Source: a phage | Strand: one strand, 5' to 3' | Assembly: GCA_014913405.1 (NCBI GenBank) | Contig: GCA_014913405.1_3931.1 | Length of the DNA: 64,000 bases | Shown: positions 10,406 to 20,263 of the stretch, in pieces | How positions within the stretch are numbered: position 1 is the stretch's first letter | Layout of the letters: each line of letters starts with the position of its first letter | Notes under the pieces: generated by a model | What the model saw: only the letters and a program-made list of their open reading frames with translations | The model's database searches: none | What the model was told of the DNA's origin: nothing | Program-made: the position numbers and the translations under genes

Positions 10406-10460
10406 TTTTAACAACTATGAGGGTCGTAAAAGACCCTCTAAAAATAACTTTGGAGAGACC

Positions 10461-10718
10461 GTGAAAGATTTAATAGAAAAACATGAGCGACCAATATACT
10501 TGCTCTACAAACCCCGCAAAACATTGTACTATGTGAGCAGCACAGGTATCATGATAAAGCAGAATGATGACTTATGGGTCACTGGAGCCTCTTACATCTC
10601 TACAGCAGATGGTAAAATCTACGCAAGACCTTATGAGATGTTTAACAAAGAAAATTGGGAAGTTTTAGACAGAAAACAAGCCTTAGAAATGATAAAGAAA
10701 GGAGAAATCACGCTATGA
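10461..10718 (+). CDS. hypothetical protein between nrdA and nrdB
   Basis: GTG at 10461 preceded by GGAGAG; track ORF 10377..10718 overlaps the nrdA 3' end. Confidence 0.3.
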   Translation: MKDLIEKHERPIYLLYKPRKTLYYVSSTGIMIKQNDDLWVTGASYISTADGKIYARPYEMFNKENWEVLDRKQALEMIKKGEITL

Positions 10719-11788
10719 TTAACCAGCACCCAATCTTTTTAGGTGGTGAGAGAAAAACTTTTGACTCACTTAATAAACACTACCCAAAAATCTTTGAGCT
10801 ATATAAACAACAAAAAGCGCAAGACTGGTCAGAAGATGAGTTCCCTTTTGAACAATCACGTCTTGATTTTGAAAGTGTGCCAGCATCAATGTCAGGTGTA
10901 ATGCTTGAGATTCTTAAGTGGCAGTGGGAAGCAGATACCCAAGTTGCTAAAAGTTTAGCGTTTGCTTTTGCACCATTCATCTCTGATGACATTTATGCAA
11001 CTGCAATTATGAAGCAGTCTGAGATTGAAAACCTACACGCCCTGACTTACTCGGAGATTGTAAGGCAATGTATTAAAAATCCTGAAACAATCTTAGATGA
11101 GATTAACCAGAACATTGCTGTACAAGACCGATTAAAAACTGTGAATCGTGTTCTTGAAGAATTGCTGGATGAAGGTATAAACTATCGACTGAGTTATGTC
11201 CGTGATTCACTTCTGGACAAAGACCCTTTACACTTCCATAAAGTGATTCTGAAAGGTCTATTTGCAGTGACTGCACTGGAAGGTATATCTTTTATGGCAT
11301 CCTTTGCATGTACTTTTGCACTTGATGCTCAAGATAAATTTCAGGGGATTGCTCAAGCTGTTCAGAAAATTATGCTTGATGAAATCCTTCACACTAAAAT
11401 TGATATTGAAGTTTTAAAAGAAACTTTAAGAGATGATGAGTGGCAAAAAGCTTTCCAACAAATTCTTCCAGAGATTAAAGTAATCTTAGATGAAGTAGTT
11501 GAAAGTGAAGAAAAATGGTCGTATTATATCTTCTCCGAAGGACGTGCTGTAGTTGGTTTAAATACAAAGCTTCTTCATGAGTGGGTTTACTATAATGCTG
11601 CCCCACTGTATGATATGTTTGGCATTCCCAGAGATTTTGTAGCTCCTAAAGAACCACCTTTGAAGTATATGATTAAGAAGATGGAAATTGATAAAGAGCA
11701 GAATGCTAATCAGGAGCAACAGAACGGTGCGTACTTATTGAATACTGTTGTAGATGATTTGAATAGTGGATTTTTAGAGGTTCCTTAA
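10715..11788 (+). CDS. nrdB: ribonucleoside-diphosphate reductase beta subunit (class I)
   Basis: ferritin-like di-iron protein directly after nrdA; ATG at 10715 after AAAGGAG (track start 10655). Confidence 0.85.
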   Translation: MINQHPIFLGGERKTFDSLNKHYPKIFELYKQQKAQDWSEDEFPFEQSRLDFESVPASMSGVMLEILKWQWEADTQVAKSLAFAFAPFISDDIYATAIMKQSEIENLHALTYSEIVRQCIKNPETILDEINQNIAVQDRLKTVNRVLEELLDEGINYRLSYVRDSLLDKDPLHFHKVILKGLFAVTALEGISFMASFACTFALDAQDKFQGIAQAVQKIMLDEILHTKIDIEVLKETLRDDEWQKAFQQILPEIKVILDEVVESEEKWSYYIFSEGRAVVGLNTKLLHEWVYYNAAPLYDMFGIPRDFVAPKEPPLKYMIKKMEIDKEQNANQEQQNGAYLLNTVVDDLNSGFLEVP

Positions 11789-12030
11789 TGACTTATGTAA
11801 TTTACTCCAAAACTGGATGCCCTCAGTGTGAGACTGCAAAGAATTTTGCAAAAGCTCGTGGTATTGACCATGTTGTGAGAATGTTAGGGCAGGATTATGA
11901 ACTGTCAGACCTGATGGATATTGCACAGATGCCAGTTCGTCAGATGCCATTCATCATGAAGACTGATGGTCAAAATCTAAAACCTGTTGGGACGCTACAG
12001 AATTTTATGGCAGAGGTGAATAATGCTTAA
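11788..12030 (+). CDS. glutaredoxin/NrdH-like redoxin
   Basis: 80 aa with CPQC active-site motif; adjacent to the RNR genes. Confidence 0.7.
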   Translation: MTYVIYSKTGCPQCETAKNFAKARGIDHVVRMLGQDYELSDLMDIAQMPVRQMPFIMKTDGQNLKPVGTLQNFMAEVNNA

Positions 12031-12229
12031 ACGCCTTTGGGAAGGTTTGGTTGTTGATGCACCAGCCATTGTGATTGGTATGCTTGTTGTTAACCTATTT
12101 ACTGATTTTGAACAAGGTTCATTGTTTGGAGCCATGCTATTATGGGTTATCTTTGAAATATTAGAGATACAGCTAGGCATCACTGAAAAACTAAGAAAAC
12201 TCGTTTCAAAGTTTTCTAAAAAGATTTAA
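12023..12229 (+). CDS. hypothetical small membrane protein
   Basis: hydrophobic 68-aa ORF. Confidence 0.3.
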   Translation: MLKRLWEGLVVDAPAIVIGMLVVNLFTDFEQGSLFGAMLLWVIFEILEIQLGITEKLRKLVSKFSKKI

Positions 12230-12235
12230 AATGAA

Positions 12236-12258
12236 AGGGTCTCTTCGGAGACCTTTTT
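12236..12258 (+). terminator. rho-independent terminator
   Basis: GGTCTC-TTCG-GAGACC followed by TTTTT. Confidence 0.6.
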
Positions 12259-12277
12259 AGCATGTAAAGGGGCAATA

Positions 12278-14422
12278 ATGAACAAAGTACAGATTATTAA
12301 AAAGAATGGCTCACTTGAAGAACCTGATATCAAAAAAGTTTTAGCAGCAGTAACTAAGTCAGCTAATAGGGTTGGGTATAAAGAACTCCCACCAGATGTT
12401 ACCCAAGCTCTTGAGTCAGCATTCATGAGGATTCTGGTGAAGTCCACTAAGCAGAATAATTTGCTCATCTCGGTAAATGATATTCACAGTATTGTTGAAG
12501 GTGCTTTGGCAGAGGTCAATCACGAGATTTATGAGTCTTACTCAACATACAGAAATTACCGTAAAGAGGTTGCTCAAAATTGGGACGAACTCTACCAGAA
12601 GACTAAAGATACACTCTTCTTAGGTGACCGTGAAAATGCTAACTTTGACAGCAGTTTAATTTCTACAAAAGGTTCAATTATTCGTGGTTACCTGACTAAA
12701 GAAATCTTTAAACAGTACCATTTAACACCAGAGGAACTTGAAGCCATTGAAAAAGGGTTTATCTACATCCATGACTTAAGAGACCTAATTTTTGGTGGTA
12801 TTAACTGTTGTCTGTTTGACATTGGTAAAGTACTGAAAGGTGGCTTTGAAATGTCTGGCATCGAATATTGTGAACCGAAGTCTGTGCTGTCGGCCTTACA
12901 AGTTATTGGTGACGTAGTTCTTTCAGCAACTGCACAGCAATTTGGTGGCTTTACTTTAGCAGAGATTGACAAGGTACTTGTACCGTATGCTAAGAAGTCT
13001 CTACGCTATCATGCTGAGAAAGCAACATCTTATGGTATTCCTAAAGAACATTACCATAATTATGTCATGGAGCAGTTACAGATTGAATTAACTCAAGGTT
13101 TCCAATCACTTGAAATGAAGCTAAACACTGTACCTTGCAGCCGTGGTGATTTCGCATTCACAACTTTAACATTTGGTTTACTTGACTCAGATATGTCTAA
13201 TGAAGACAACCGATTACAATACATGATTGCAAGTACTCTCCTAGATGTTCGTATGAATGGACAAGGGAAGAGCAAGAAGCCTGTTGTATTTCCTAAACTG
13301 GTTTATATTTATGACCAGAAGAGGCATGATGAAAATATCTGTCAAGGTCAACTGTACAGTAAAGCCATTGAGTGTTGCTCTAAAGCAATGTATCCAGATT
13401 TCTTAAGTGTATCTGGTCATGGTGCTGTAGCAGAGGCTTTTGAGCGTTCTGGCAAGGTAATTTCACCGATGGGTTGCAGAGCCTTCTTATCTCCATATCT
13501 TAATGAGGATGGAGAAGAGTTCTATGTTGGTCGTGCTAATATTGGTGCTGTATCTTTGAACTTACCAATGATTTATCAGTACGCCAAAGAGAATGGTTTA
13601 GATTTCTGGAAAGAGCTTGATAAGTACCTAGAGATGATTCGCAGCTTCCACAAGAAACGCTACGAAATGATTGCTAATATGCCAGCAAGTTCTAACCCTC
13701 TTGCATTCACACAAGGTGGTCTGTACAAAGGAACTAAGAAACCTACTGACAAGGTTGGTTGGGATATTGTGAAGTCCTTCACAGCTTCTTTTGGTGTTAC
13801 TGCGCTTGATGAGCTATCTGTTCTTGCTGAAGGTAAACGACTTCATGAAGTTGGAAGCTGTAGTTTTGCATACGATGTTCTGGCATACATCAACATGAAA
13901 ACTGAAGAGTTTAAAAATGAAGATGGCTTCTTATATGCCGTCTATGGTACTCCAGCAGAATCACTTTGCGGAACTCAGCTAAAACAGTTCAGAGATATGT
14001 TTGGCGTTATCAAAGGTGTTTCTGATAAGGAATACTTTACAAACAGTTTCCATATGAATGTTGCAGCAGACATCTCACCATTTGAGAAGCAGGACTTAGA
14101 AGAGCCATTCTTCCATATCTGTAGAGGTGGGAGAATCCAGTATGTCAGGGTAGCTAACCCAGAAAACTTAACAGCACTTAAAAGTTGTATTACCAGAGGG
14201 ATGTTGAAAGGTTTTTATCAGGGACTTAACTTTGACTTAGCAATCTGTGAACATTGTGGTAACAGGCCAAAGGCTGATGTTGAAGAATGTGAAGTTTGTC
14301 ACTCACATGATATCTCTGTGATTAACAGGGTGTGTGGGTATCTTGGATGGACTAAGATTAAAGGTGAATCCCGAATGAACGATGCAAAAATCGCTGAGAT
14401 TCGTGACAGAGTTTCTATGTAA
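12278..14422 (+). CDS. nrdD: anaerobic ribonucleoside-triphosphate reductase (class III)
   Basis: 714 aa; C-terminal CEHCGN...CEVC zinc site and glycyl-radical motif RVCGYLG. Confidence 0.9.
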   Translation: MNKVQIIKKNGSLEEPDIKKVLAAVTKSANRVGYKELPPDVTQALESAFMRILVKSTKQNNLLISVNDIHSIVEGALAEVNHEIYESYSTYRNYRKEVAQNWDELYQKTKDTLFLGDRENANFDSSLISTKGSIIRGYLTKEIFKQYHLTPEELEAIEKGFIYIHDLRDLIFGGINCCLFDIGKVLKGGFEMSGIEYCEPKSVLSALQVIGDVVLSATAQQFGGFTLAEIDKVLVPYAKKSLRYHAEKATSYGIPKEHYHNYVMEQLQIELTQGFQSLEMKLNTVPCSRGDFAFTTLTFGLLDSDMSNEDNRLQYMIASTLLDVRMNGQGKSKKPVVFPKLVYIYDQKRHDENICQGQLYSKAIECCSKAMYPDFLSVSGHGAVAEAFERSGKVISPMGCRAFLSPYLNEDGEEFYVGRANIGAVSLNLPMIYQYAKENGLDFWKELDKYLEMIRSFHKKRYEMIANMPASSNPLAFTQGGLYKGTKKPTDKVGWDIVKSFTASFGVTALDELSVLAEGKRLHEVGSCSFAYDVLAYINMKTEEFKNEDGFLYAVYGTPAESLCGTQLKQFRDMFGVIKGVSDKEYFTNSFHMNVAADISPFEKQDLEEPFFHICRGGRIQYVRVANPENLTALKSCITRGMLKGFYQGLNFDLAICEHCGNRPKADVEECEVCHSHDISVINRVCGYLGWTKIKGESRMNDAKIAEIRDRVSM

Positions 14423-14429
14423 AACTTGA

Positions 14430-14470
14430 CATGGTGGTGTGAGTCTTGATAGGCTTACATCACCTTTTTT
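14430..14470 (+). terminator. rho-independent terminator
   Basis: GGTGGTGT...ACATCACC stem followed by TTTTTT. Confidence 0.55.
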
Positions 14471-14576
14471 ATTGGATGTTAGATATGGCAGAGAGTATTA
14501 TTGGGTTGTTCATAGGTTCTGTCTTACTAGGGTTCTTTTTAGGACTCTCTTATTGTGAATTAAGAGGCAAGTTAAA

Positions 14577-14777
14577 ATGTTTAAAATATCAAAAGCGTTG
14601 ATATACATTCTCCACATTCTAATCTTCTTCTTTGGGGTTAGTGTTATGGTATGGGGTTTTTCAGACCCACAATGGAGTTTCGCATATCAGGGTCAGATGG
14701 ATTTATGGTCATGCTTCAAACCATTTTTAGGGTTAGTCATAGCATTCAGTGCATTGCCAACTAAGGTGAAATTATGA
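14577..14777 (+). CDS. hypothetical small membrane protein
   Basis: hydrophobic ORF. Confidence 0.3.
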   Translation: MFKISKALIYILHILIFFFGVSVMVWGFSDPQWSFAYQGQMDLWSCFKPFLGLVIAFSALPTKVKL

Positions 14778-15169
14778 TTAAGTTGAACAAAAAACAGTTA
14801 GAGTGGATTAAAGATTATGCCTCAGAGTGTGGCTCTTGCGAAAAGAATCACGTAAGATATTCAACATTCCATACAGCCTTTACATTATATCTCAGCGAAA
14901 ACGTTCTAGCTGATTCTGTAGAAGATGGTGCGTCATTACCTAATGAGTTACTTGATAAATTAGCTGTAGTTACTGGAACTTGGTCTGAAGAAGATGGTCA
15001 TGAGTTATCTGATGATGTTGTCTTCTACAGTCTTGAAAATATTATGAATCCAGAGTATATTGCACTAATGACCTGTGCACAAGACTGTGTAATCTTGCAG
15101 GATTTCATCAAGAAACACTGCGAAGAATTTATTACTAAACAGGTTCCTTGTCAGGTGGTGTTTGAATGA
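14774..15169 (+). CDS. hypothetical protein
   Basis: ORF track; ATG start. Confidence 0.4.
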   Translation: MIKLNKKQLEWIKDYASECGSCEKNHVRYSTFHTAFTLYLSENVLADSVEDGASLPNELLDKLAVVTGTWSEEDGHELSDDVVFYSLENIMNPEYIALMTCAQDCVILQDFIKKHCEEFITKQVPCQVVFE

Positions 15170-15465
15170 GTAAAACAATTCGAAGAAAAGGTTTAAAGAA
15201 CGTTCATGGACTCTATGAGTGGAGAAATGAGGTACGTAACAGAGAAAATGCTTCAGATGTCTACTTCCATTCTGATATGATGTCCAGAAAAGGTGGCTCT
15301 TACGACTTCACAAGCCAGCCTTGTAGAGAGATTAAGAAGGCCACTAAACGTCTTACAAGAACACAAATAAGGCAGCTTTCTAAGACATCCTTCTTAGATG
15401 AAGATTTTGATATTGATAGCAAGTCTCCAAAGAAAGCCGCTAAGAACACTTATATGTATTGGTGA
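15166..15465 (+). CDS. hypothetical protein
   Basis: ORF track; ATG start. Confidence 0.4.
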   Translation: MSKTIRRKGLKNVHGLYEWRNEVRNRENASDVYFHSDMMSRKGGSYDFTSQPCREIKKATKRLTRTQIRQLSKTSFLDEDFDIDSKSPKKAAKNTYMYW

Positions 15466-15474
15466 GGTAACTAG

Positions 15475-15960
15475 ATGAATTACATGGAGATTCGACCATT
15501 TGACACAGCTAATGGTGAAGGGGTTCGTGTAAGCCTCTTCGTAGCTGGTTGTAAGCATCACTGTGAAGGTTGCTTTAATAAGGAATCTTGGAAGTTTAAT
15601 GCTGGTAAAGAGTTCACTTATGCAAACCTTTATGGCATCATTAAGTTAATGGATGATAATGCCATCAGTGGGCTGTCAATACTTGGTGGAGAACCTCTGG
15701 ATGATAGAAACATTCAAGAGGTTACCAACATATGCAAACGTATTAAAACCGTTTACCCAGAAAAATCTATCTGGCTCTGGACAGGTTTTCAGTTACATGA
15801 AAAAATTCACCTTGATGTGATGAAATATGTTGACGTGGTGATTGATGGTAAGTATGATTCATCTAAACCAACAGTTAAACCATATCGTGGTTCTGATAAC
15901 CAAAACCTCTGGAGAAAAGAGTATGGGTGGCAAGGTGATTGTCAGTGGAGAGCAGAGTGA
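15475..15960 (+). CDS. nrdG: anaerobic RNR-activating protein (radical SAM)
   Basis: CKHHCEGC (CxxxCxxC) cluster motif; downstream of nrdD. Confidence 0.85.
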   Translation: MNYMEIRPFDTANGEGVRVSLFVAGCKHHCEGCFNKESWKFNAGKEFTYANLYGIIKLMDDNAISGLSILGGEPLDDRNIQEVTNICKRIKTVYPEKSIWLWTGFQLHEKIHLDVMKYVDVVIDGKYDSSKPTVKPYRGSDNQNLWRKEYGWQGDCQWRAE

Positions 15961-16062
15961 TTATTCTGGCAAATGGACTAAGGTATAACTCCAATTGGTA
16001 TCACTGAAGAAGAACTTCATAAGTTCTGTATTAAACTTTAATGAGAGAGAGAGAGACTAAAA

Positions 16063-16329
16063 ATGGGAATTTTAGGTAATATGAAAGCTGGATTCTTGAA
16101 GGCACTGGCAAAAGCAGCAGCAATTGTTTCTATGACTGGAAAGCAGGTCGGTGTAGATGCTTCAGCGGTTGCACAGGTTCTTACAAGCCAAATTGAACAG
16201 CAGCCTTACATCTATGTAGGCCGTGGCAAAGGTGGTAAGAAACAAGCCCACCGTCCGTCTGGTGCAGCAGCTATTAAACGAGCAGCTAAGAAAGCTCGTA
16301 ACCGTAAACGTAATAAGAAGGCTAAATAA
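16063..16329 (+). CDS. hypothetical basic protein
   Basis: Lys/Arg-rich C terminus KKARNRKRNKKAK. Confidence 0.4.
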   Translation: MGILGNMKAGFLKALAKAAAIVSMTGKQVGVDASAVAQVLTSQIEQQPYIYVGRGKGGKKQAHRPSGAAAIKRAAKKARNRKRNKKAK

Positions 16330-16331
16330 TC

Positions 16332-16652
16332 ATGAGCAAAGTTTATAACACTCGTAAATTACAGATTTTCTTACTGTGCCAGTTTATGGCTAGAGAGCAT
16401 AACTCCTACTATTGTGGTACAGGATTCATTAGTGATAATGATGGCTCATATCTCCCATTCAAAGAGGCTGTAAAACTCTTCAATGAAGAGAAAAGCTCTG
16501 AGAAAGATATTGAAAAGGTTAAATTAACCTATAGTAAGAAAGATAAGAAGATTATCTGCCTAGATAACTTTGTGAAAGTTACCAAAGAAACTAAAGAGTT
16601 AATGGAAGAAAGTGAAATTCCATTCACAAGAATCTTGAAAGTAGCTCAGTAA
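16332..16652 (+). CDS. hypothetical protein
   Basis: ORF track. Confidence 0.4.
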   Translation: MSKVYNTRKLQIFLLCQFMAREHNSYYCGTGFISDNDGSYLPFKEAVKLFNEEKSSEKDIEKVKLTYSKKDKKIICLDNFVKVTKETKELMEESEIPFTRILKVAQ

Positions 16653-16703
16653 GCAGATACTATAAGGGAACTGTAAAGGTTCCCTTTTTATTTTGGAGAT
16701 AAT

Positions 16704-17219
16704 ATGTATCTGTCAAATCTGAAACGTTCTGCTGCAATGTCAGTGTTAAGACTCAGTTTTGAGGAACGTCAAAAGTTCATTGACTCCCACCAATACGACC
16801 CTTCCAACTCCAATCACATGATTCTCTGGAATCGTGAGAGTACTCGTGAAAGAGCATTATTTCGATATTACCCACACTATACCATAGACAACCTATATGA
16901 ATGCTTTGTTGTGAAGAACACCATTACAGTACTCAATAAACTTTGCAGATACACAGGCAGTCAATCCTTCACATTAGGTCACCACAAACCTGTTACAAAA
17001 GGTGGTGAACATCACTGTGCAAACTGGTTTATTCAGACTAAAGCTGATAACCAGAAGCAAGGAGATAGCCTTTTAAGTACCCCTAAGATGACCTATGAAG
17101 AGCAAGAGAGATATATCAAAAATAATATGCCAGATGTGCTTGACAACAACTATACAGATTTGGCAATATCTCTCCTGTTGAAGTTCGAGATAGTTTATAG
17201 GGCAACTTACAATGGCTAA
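16704..17219 (+). CDS. putative HNH endonuclease
   Basis: GHHKPVTKGGEHHCANWFIQTKADNQKQGD matches the HNH pattern. Confidence 0.5.
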   Translation: MYLSNLKRSAAMSVLRLSFEERQKFIDSHQYDPSNSNHMILWNRESTRERALFRYYPHYTIDNLYECFVVKNTITVLNKLCRYTGSQSFTLGHHKPVTKGGEHHCANWFIQTKADNQKQGDSLLSTPKMTYEEQERYIKNNMPDVLDNNYTDLAISLLLKFEIVYRATYNG

Positions 17220-17490
17220 AGAAAAGTGGGAGATTTTACCATTAGTCAGTGAAGGTGGTAATGGTTGTGAAATGTACATGATACGTGGTCATGTTCCAGA
17301 GCCAATTGCACTTGAGATGGTAAACAACTTTACAGATGGTTCTTACAAAGACTTAGGCGAACCAACTGTCAAGCAACAATGGGTTAAACCTGTACCAGAC
17401 AGCACAGGTAACTGTAGTGTACTTTATCACGTTGTAGACCCTGCAAAATGCAAATCTGCAATGGCAGTAACAAACGTAACTTTTGATTGA
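17212..17490 (+). CDS. hypothetical protein
   Basis: ORF track. Confidence 0.4.
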   Translation: MAKEKWEILPLVSEGGNGCEMYMIRGHVPEPIALEMVNNFTDGSYKDLGEPTVKQQWVKPVPDSTGNCSVLYHVVDPAKCKSAMAVTNVTFD

Positions 17491-17501
17491 GAGAGAAAAC
17501 T

Positions 17502-18383
17502 ATGAAAACATCTATCCGTGTTACAGTTCATTCACCAACTAAAGGAACTCATGAAGAAGAGTTTAACATCATCCAATTTCCTTCTGGTGAGATTGGTGGA
17601 CACTTTTCGCCAGAGTTTGTTGATTTCACTGCTTATGCAGCATCATCCATCAACAATGTGATTATGATTGTAAAAGGTTATGATAAGGATACATTGTTTG
17701 CTGTGGCACTTGCTAAAGAAGCAATTGATGATTTAATTCCTCATGATTATGCTTTAAAGACTGTCATCTTTTACTACTTACCAAATGCACGTTATGACCG
17801 TCACATGTTTAAAGGCGACGCAGCAGCTTTAAAGGTTTTTGCTAAACAGGTAAATGCAATGGGATTTGGTGCAGTCTGTGCAGTTGACCCTCACAGCTAT
17901 GTACCAGATAACCTGTTTAACTGCTTCCAGAGTATTCCTCAAAAGGAAATTGCAGTCCACTATGCAAATGACCCACTGATTGATTACTTAGTAGCCCCAG
18001 ATGCAGGTGCTGCTAAGAAGATTGCAGAGACTGCTAAAGAGGTGGATAAACCATATATCACAATGTCTAAAGTACGCAACCTTAAGACTGGTGAAATTAC
18101 TGGTATGCGAATCCTTGATGATGTTGATTTGACAGATAAAACCGTCATGATTCTAGATGATATCTGTGATGGTGGTCGAACCTTCATAGAAGCAGCTAAA
18201 CATCTTCGTGAAGCAGGTGCAAAACGTGTGGAACTCTATGTAACACACGGTATCTTCTCTAAAGATGTTGAAAACCTTCTTGACAATGGCATTGACCACA
18301 TCTACACTACAAACTCTTTAGGGGAAGCTAAAGACCGTGGCTTAACACATTATGGTCAAGTTACTGTAGCAAACCTTGATTGA
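17502..18383 (+). CDS. prs: ribose-phosphate pyrophosphokinase (PRPP synthetase)
   Basis: VMILDDICDGGRTFIEAAKHLREAGAKRVELYVTHGIFS aligns by eye with the E. coli Prs PRPP-binding region; ATG at 17502 (track start TTG at 17487). Confidence 0.8.
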   Translation: MKTSIRVTVHSPTKGTHEEEFNIIQFPSGEIGGHFSPEFVDFTAYAASSINNVIMIVKGYDKDTLFAVALAKEAIDDLIPHDYALKTVIFYYLPNARYDRHMFKGDAAALKVFAKQVNAMGFGAVCAVDPHSYVPDNLFNCFQSIPQKEIAVHYANDPLIDYLVAPDAGAAKKIAETAKEVDKPYITMSKVRNLKTGEITGMRILDDVDLTDKTVMILDDICDGGRTFIEAAKHLREAGAKRVELYVTHGIFSKDVENLLDNGIDHIYTTNSLGEAKDRGLTHYGQVTVANLD

Positions 18384-18392
18384 AACTTTATA

Positions 18393-18413
18393 GGGGCTTA
18401 AAAGCCCCATTTT
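18393..18413 (+). terminator. putative terminator hairpin
   Basis: GGGGCTT-AAAA-GCCCC followed by ATTTT. Confidence 0.4.
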
Positions 18414-18428
18414 GAGAGAGATTAAAAG

Positions 18429-20210
18429 ATGACTAAATCACTTTATGCAGTACCAGCAGGTTTAAACGCAGATGCTTACAAATCTGGTCATGTTTACCAG
18501 TACCCTAGTGCAACAGAGTACTTGATGTTCAACCTGACACCACGTAGTGACAAATGGTTTAACAGCCCCTTAGCAATTGATGGTGTAGTAGCTTTTGGTA
18601 TTCAACGTTTTGTTAAAGATTACTTGATAGACCACTGGAATGCCACTTTCTTTGAACGTGATAAAAAAGAAGCCATTGATGAAATCTTAGAAGTCATGAA
18701 TGGTGTTCTGGGTAAAGATGCTATCGGTCGAGAGCATTGGGAAGCACTTCACGACTTAGGTTATCTACCAGTTGAAGTATACGCTGTAGAAGAAGGCACA
18801 GTTGTTCCAATGCGTGTACCGATGATTGTCTTTCAGAACACTGTTTCAGGTTTTCATTGGGTAGCAGGTTATCTGGAAGATGCTTTCTCTGCTGAAATTT
18901 GGAAGGCTTGCACCATTGCAACTATTGCATTGCATTACAAACGCATCTGTAAGAAGTGGGCTGACCTTACTTGTGACAATGACTTACATTTACCTTATCA
19001 GTGCCATGATTTTGCTATGCGTGGTATGTCCGGCTTTACTGATGACGCATTTAATGCTGTAGGTCACTTAACCAGCTTTAAAGGGACTGATAGCTTCCCT
19101 GCTGTATACACGGCTAAACGAATCTATGGACAGTCCTACCCAATCTCTGATATTGGTAGTTCTGTACCAGCCACTGAACACTCTGTAATGTGTGCAAACA
19201 TTGCTTGGGAAGGTGGTAATGAATTGATTGAAGATGAAAGACGTTTTAAAGGTGAGTTACAAACCTTCCGTCGTTTCTTAACAGAAACTTACCCAACGGG
19301 TATTGCAAGTATTGTTTCAGATACTTATAACTTCTGGAGAACTGTGTCAGAAATCTTACCAGCACTCCGTAAAGAAATTATGGAACGTGATGGCAAACTG
19401 GTAATTCGTCCTGACTCTGGAGACCCTGTACACATTGTCACAGGTTATAAAGCAATCCACTTAGAGTGCGCTAAAAAGGCTTATTATGAGCACCTTAGTA
19501 AGCTGGAAGCCAGTGACACAATGTTGAATGCTGTTCTGAACATGAAGCTTGAAAACATCAGCTATGGTATTGCTGGATGGCTACTGTCAGAAGGCTACGA
19601 AATGGTTGTTGATAGAGAAGACTTTGAAGTTGCTGACACAGTGATGTTGAAGAACGCTTATATGGTTGGTTCTGCAAACGTTGTAACACGTCCTGTAGCA
19701 GAGATTGATGGAGCTATTAAGACCCTGTATAACATCTTCGGAGGGACTATCAACTCCAAAGGTTTTAAGGTACTGGATGAGCACATTGGCCTTATCTATG
19801 GCGACTCTATCACGTTGGAACGTGCAAACGAAATCCTGAAGCGTCTGTATGAAATGGGGTTTGCAAGCTCTAACGTGGTGTTTGGTGTAGGCTCTTACAC
19901 TTACCAGTACATGACTCGTGACACCTTTGCATTTGCTGTCAAAGCAACTCTTGCAAGCATTGGTGGCAAAGAGATTATGCTTGCAAAAGACCCTAAAACA
20001 GATAGTGGTGTTAAGAAATCTGCCTTTGGTGGTGTAGCACCTATGTGGGATGGTGAGAATTTGAAAGCTGTAGATGGCTATGGATTCCAGAGCTTTGCAG
20101 ATGCACTTGAACATCCAGCTTGTGCTTTACGTTTAGTCTTTAGCGACTCTGAGCAGTACGGTTACACAACTCTTGGTGATATTCGAAATAATATTGACAA
20201 GCAGCTTTAA
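18429..20210 (+). CDS. nicotinamide phosphoribosyltransferase (NAMPT)
   Basis: 593 aa; N-terminal DAYKSGHVYQYP resembles the NAMPT DSYK..H..QYP motif. Confidence 0.75.
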   Translation: MTKSLYAVPAGLNADAYKSGHVYQYPSATEYLMFNLTPRSDKWFNSPLAIDGVVAFGIQRFVKDYLIDHWNATFFERDKKEAIDEILEVMNGVLGKDAIGREHWEALHDLGYLPVEVYAVEEGTVVPMRVPMIVFQNTVSGFHWVAGYLEDAFSAEIWKACTIATIALHYKRICKKWADLTCDNDLHLPYQCHDFAMRGMSGFTDDAFNAVGHLTSFKGTDSFPAVYTAKRIYGQSYPISDIGSSVPATEHSVMCANIAWEGGNELIEDERRFKGELQTFRRFLTETYPTGIASIVSDTYNFWRTVSEILPALRKEIMERDGKLVIRPDSGDPVHIVTGYKAIHLECAKKAYYEHLSKLEASDTMLNAVLNMKLENISYGIAGWLLSEGYEMVVDREDFEVADTVMLKNAYMVGSANVVTRPVAEIDGAIKTLYNIFGGTINSKGFKVLDEHIGLIYGDSITLERANEILKRLYEMGFASSNVVFGVGSYTYQYMTRDTFAFAVKATLASIGGKEIMLAKDPKTDSGVKKSAFGGVAPMWDGENLKAVDGYGFQSFADALEHPACALRLVFSDSEQYGYTTLGDIRNNIDKQL

Positions 20211-20223
20211 AAGTATATGATAA

Positions 20224-20247
20224 GAGGCTCCTACGGGAGCCTTTTTA
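20224..20247 (+). terminator. rho-independent terminator
   Basis: GGCTCC-TACG-GGAGCC followed by TTTTT. Confidence 0.6.
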
Positions 20248-20263
20248 ATTTCTGGAGAATGCT

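Noticed and set aside
10655-10714. Extended N terminus of nrdB (track start 10655)
   Set aside because: The ATG at 10715 follows AAAGGAG at canonical spacing and gives a typical NrdB N terminus; the 20-residue extension is basic and unsupported.
10377-10718. 113-aa ORF starting inside the nrdA 3' end
   Set aside because: The upstream part overlaps nrdA and has no start signal; only the downstream part from GTG 10461, which has an RBS, is kept as a low-confidence gene.
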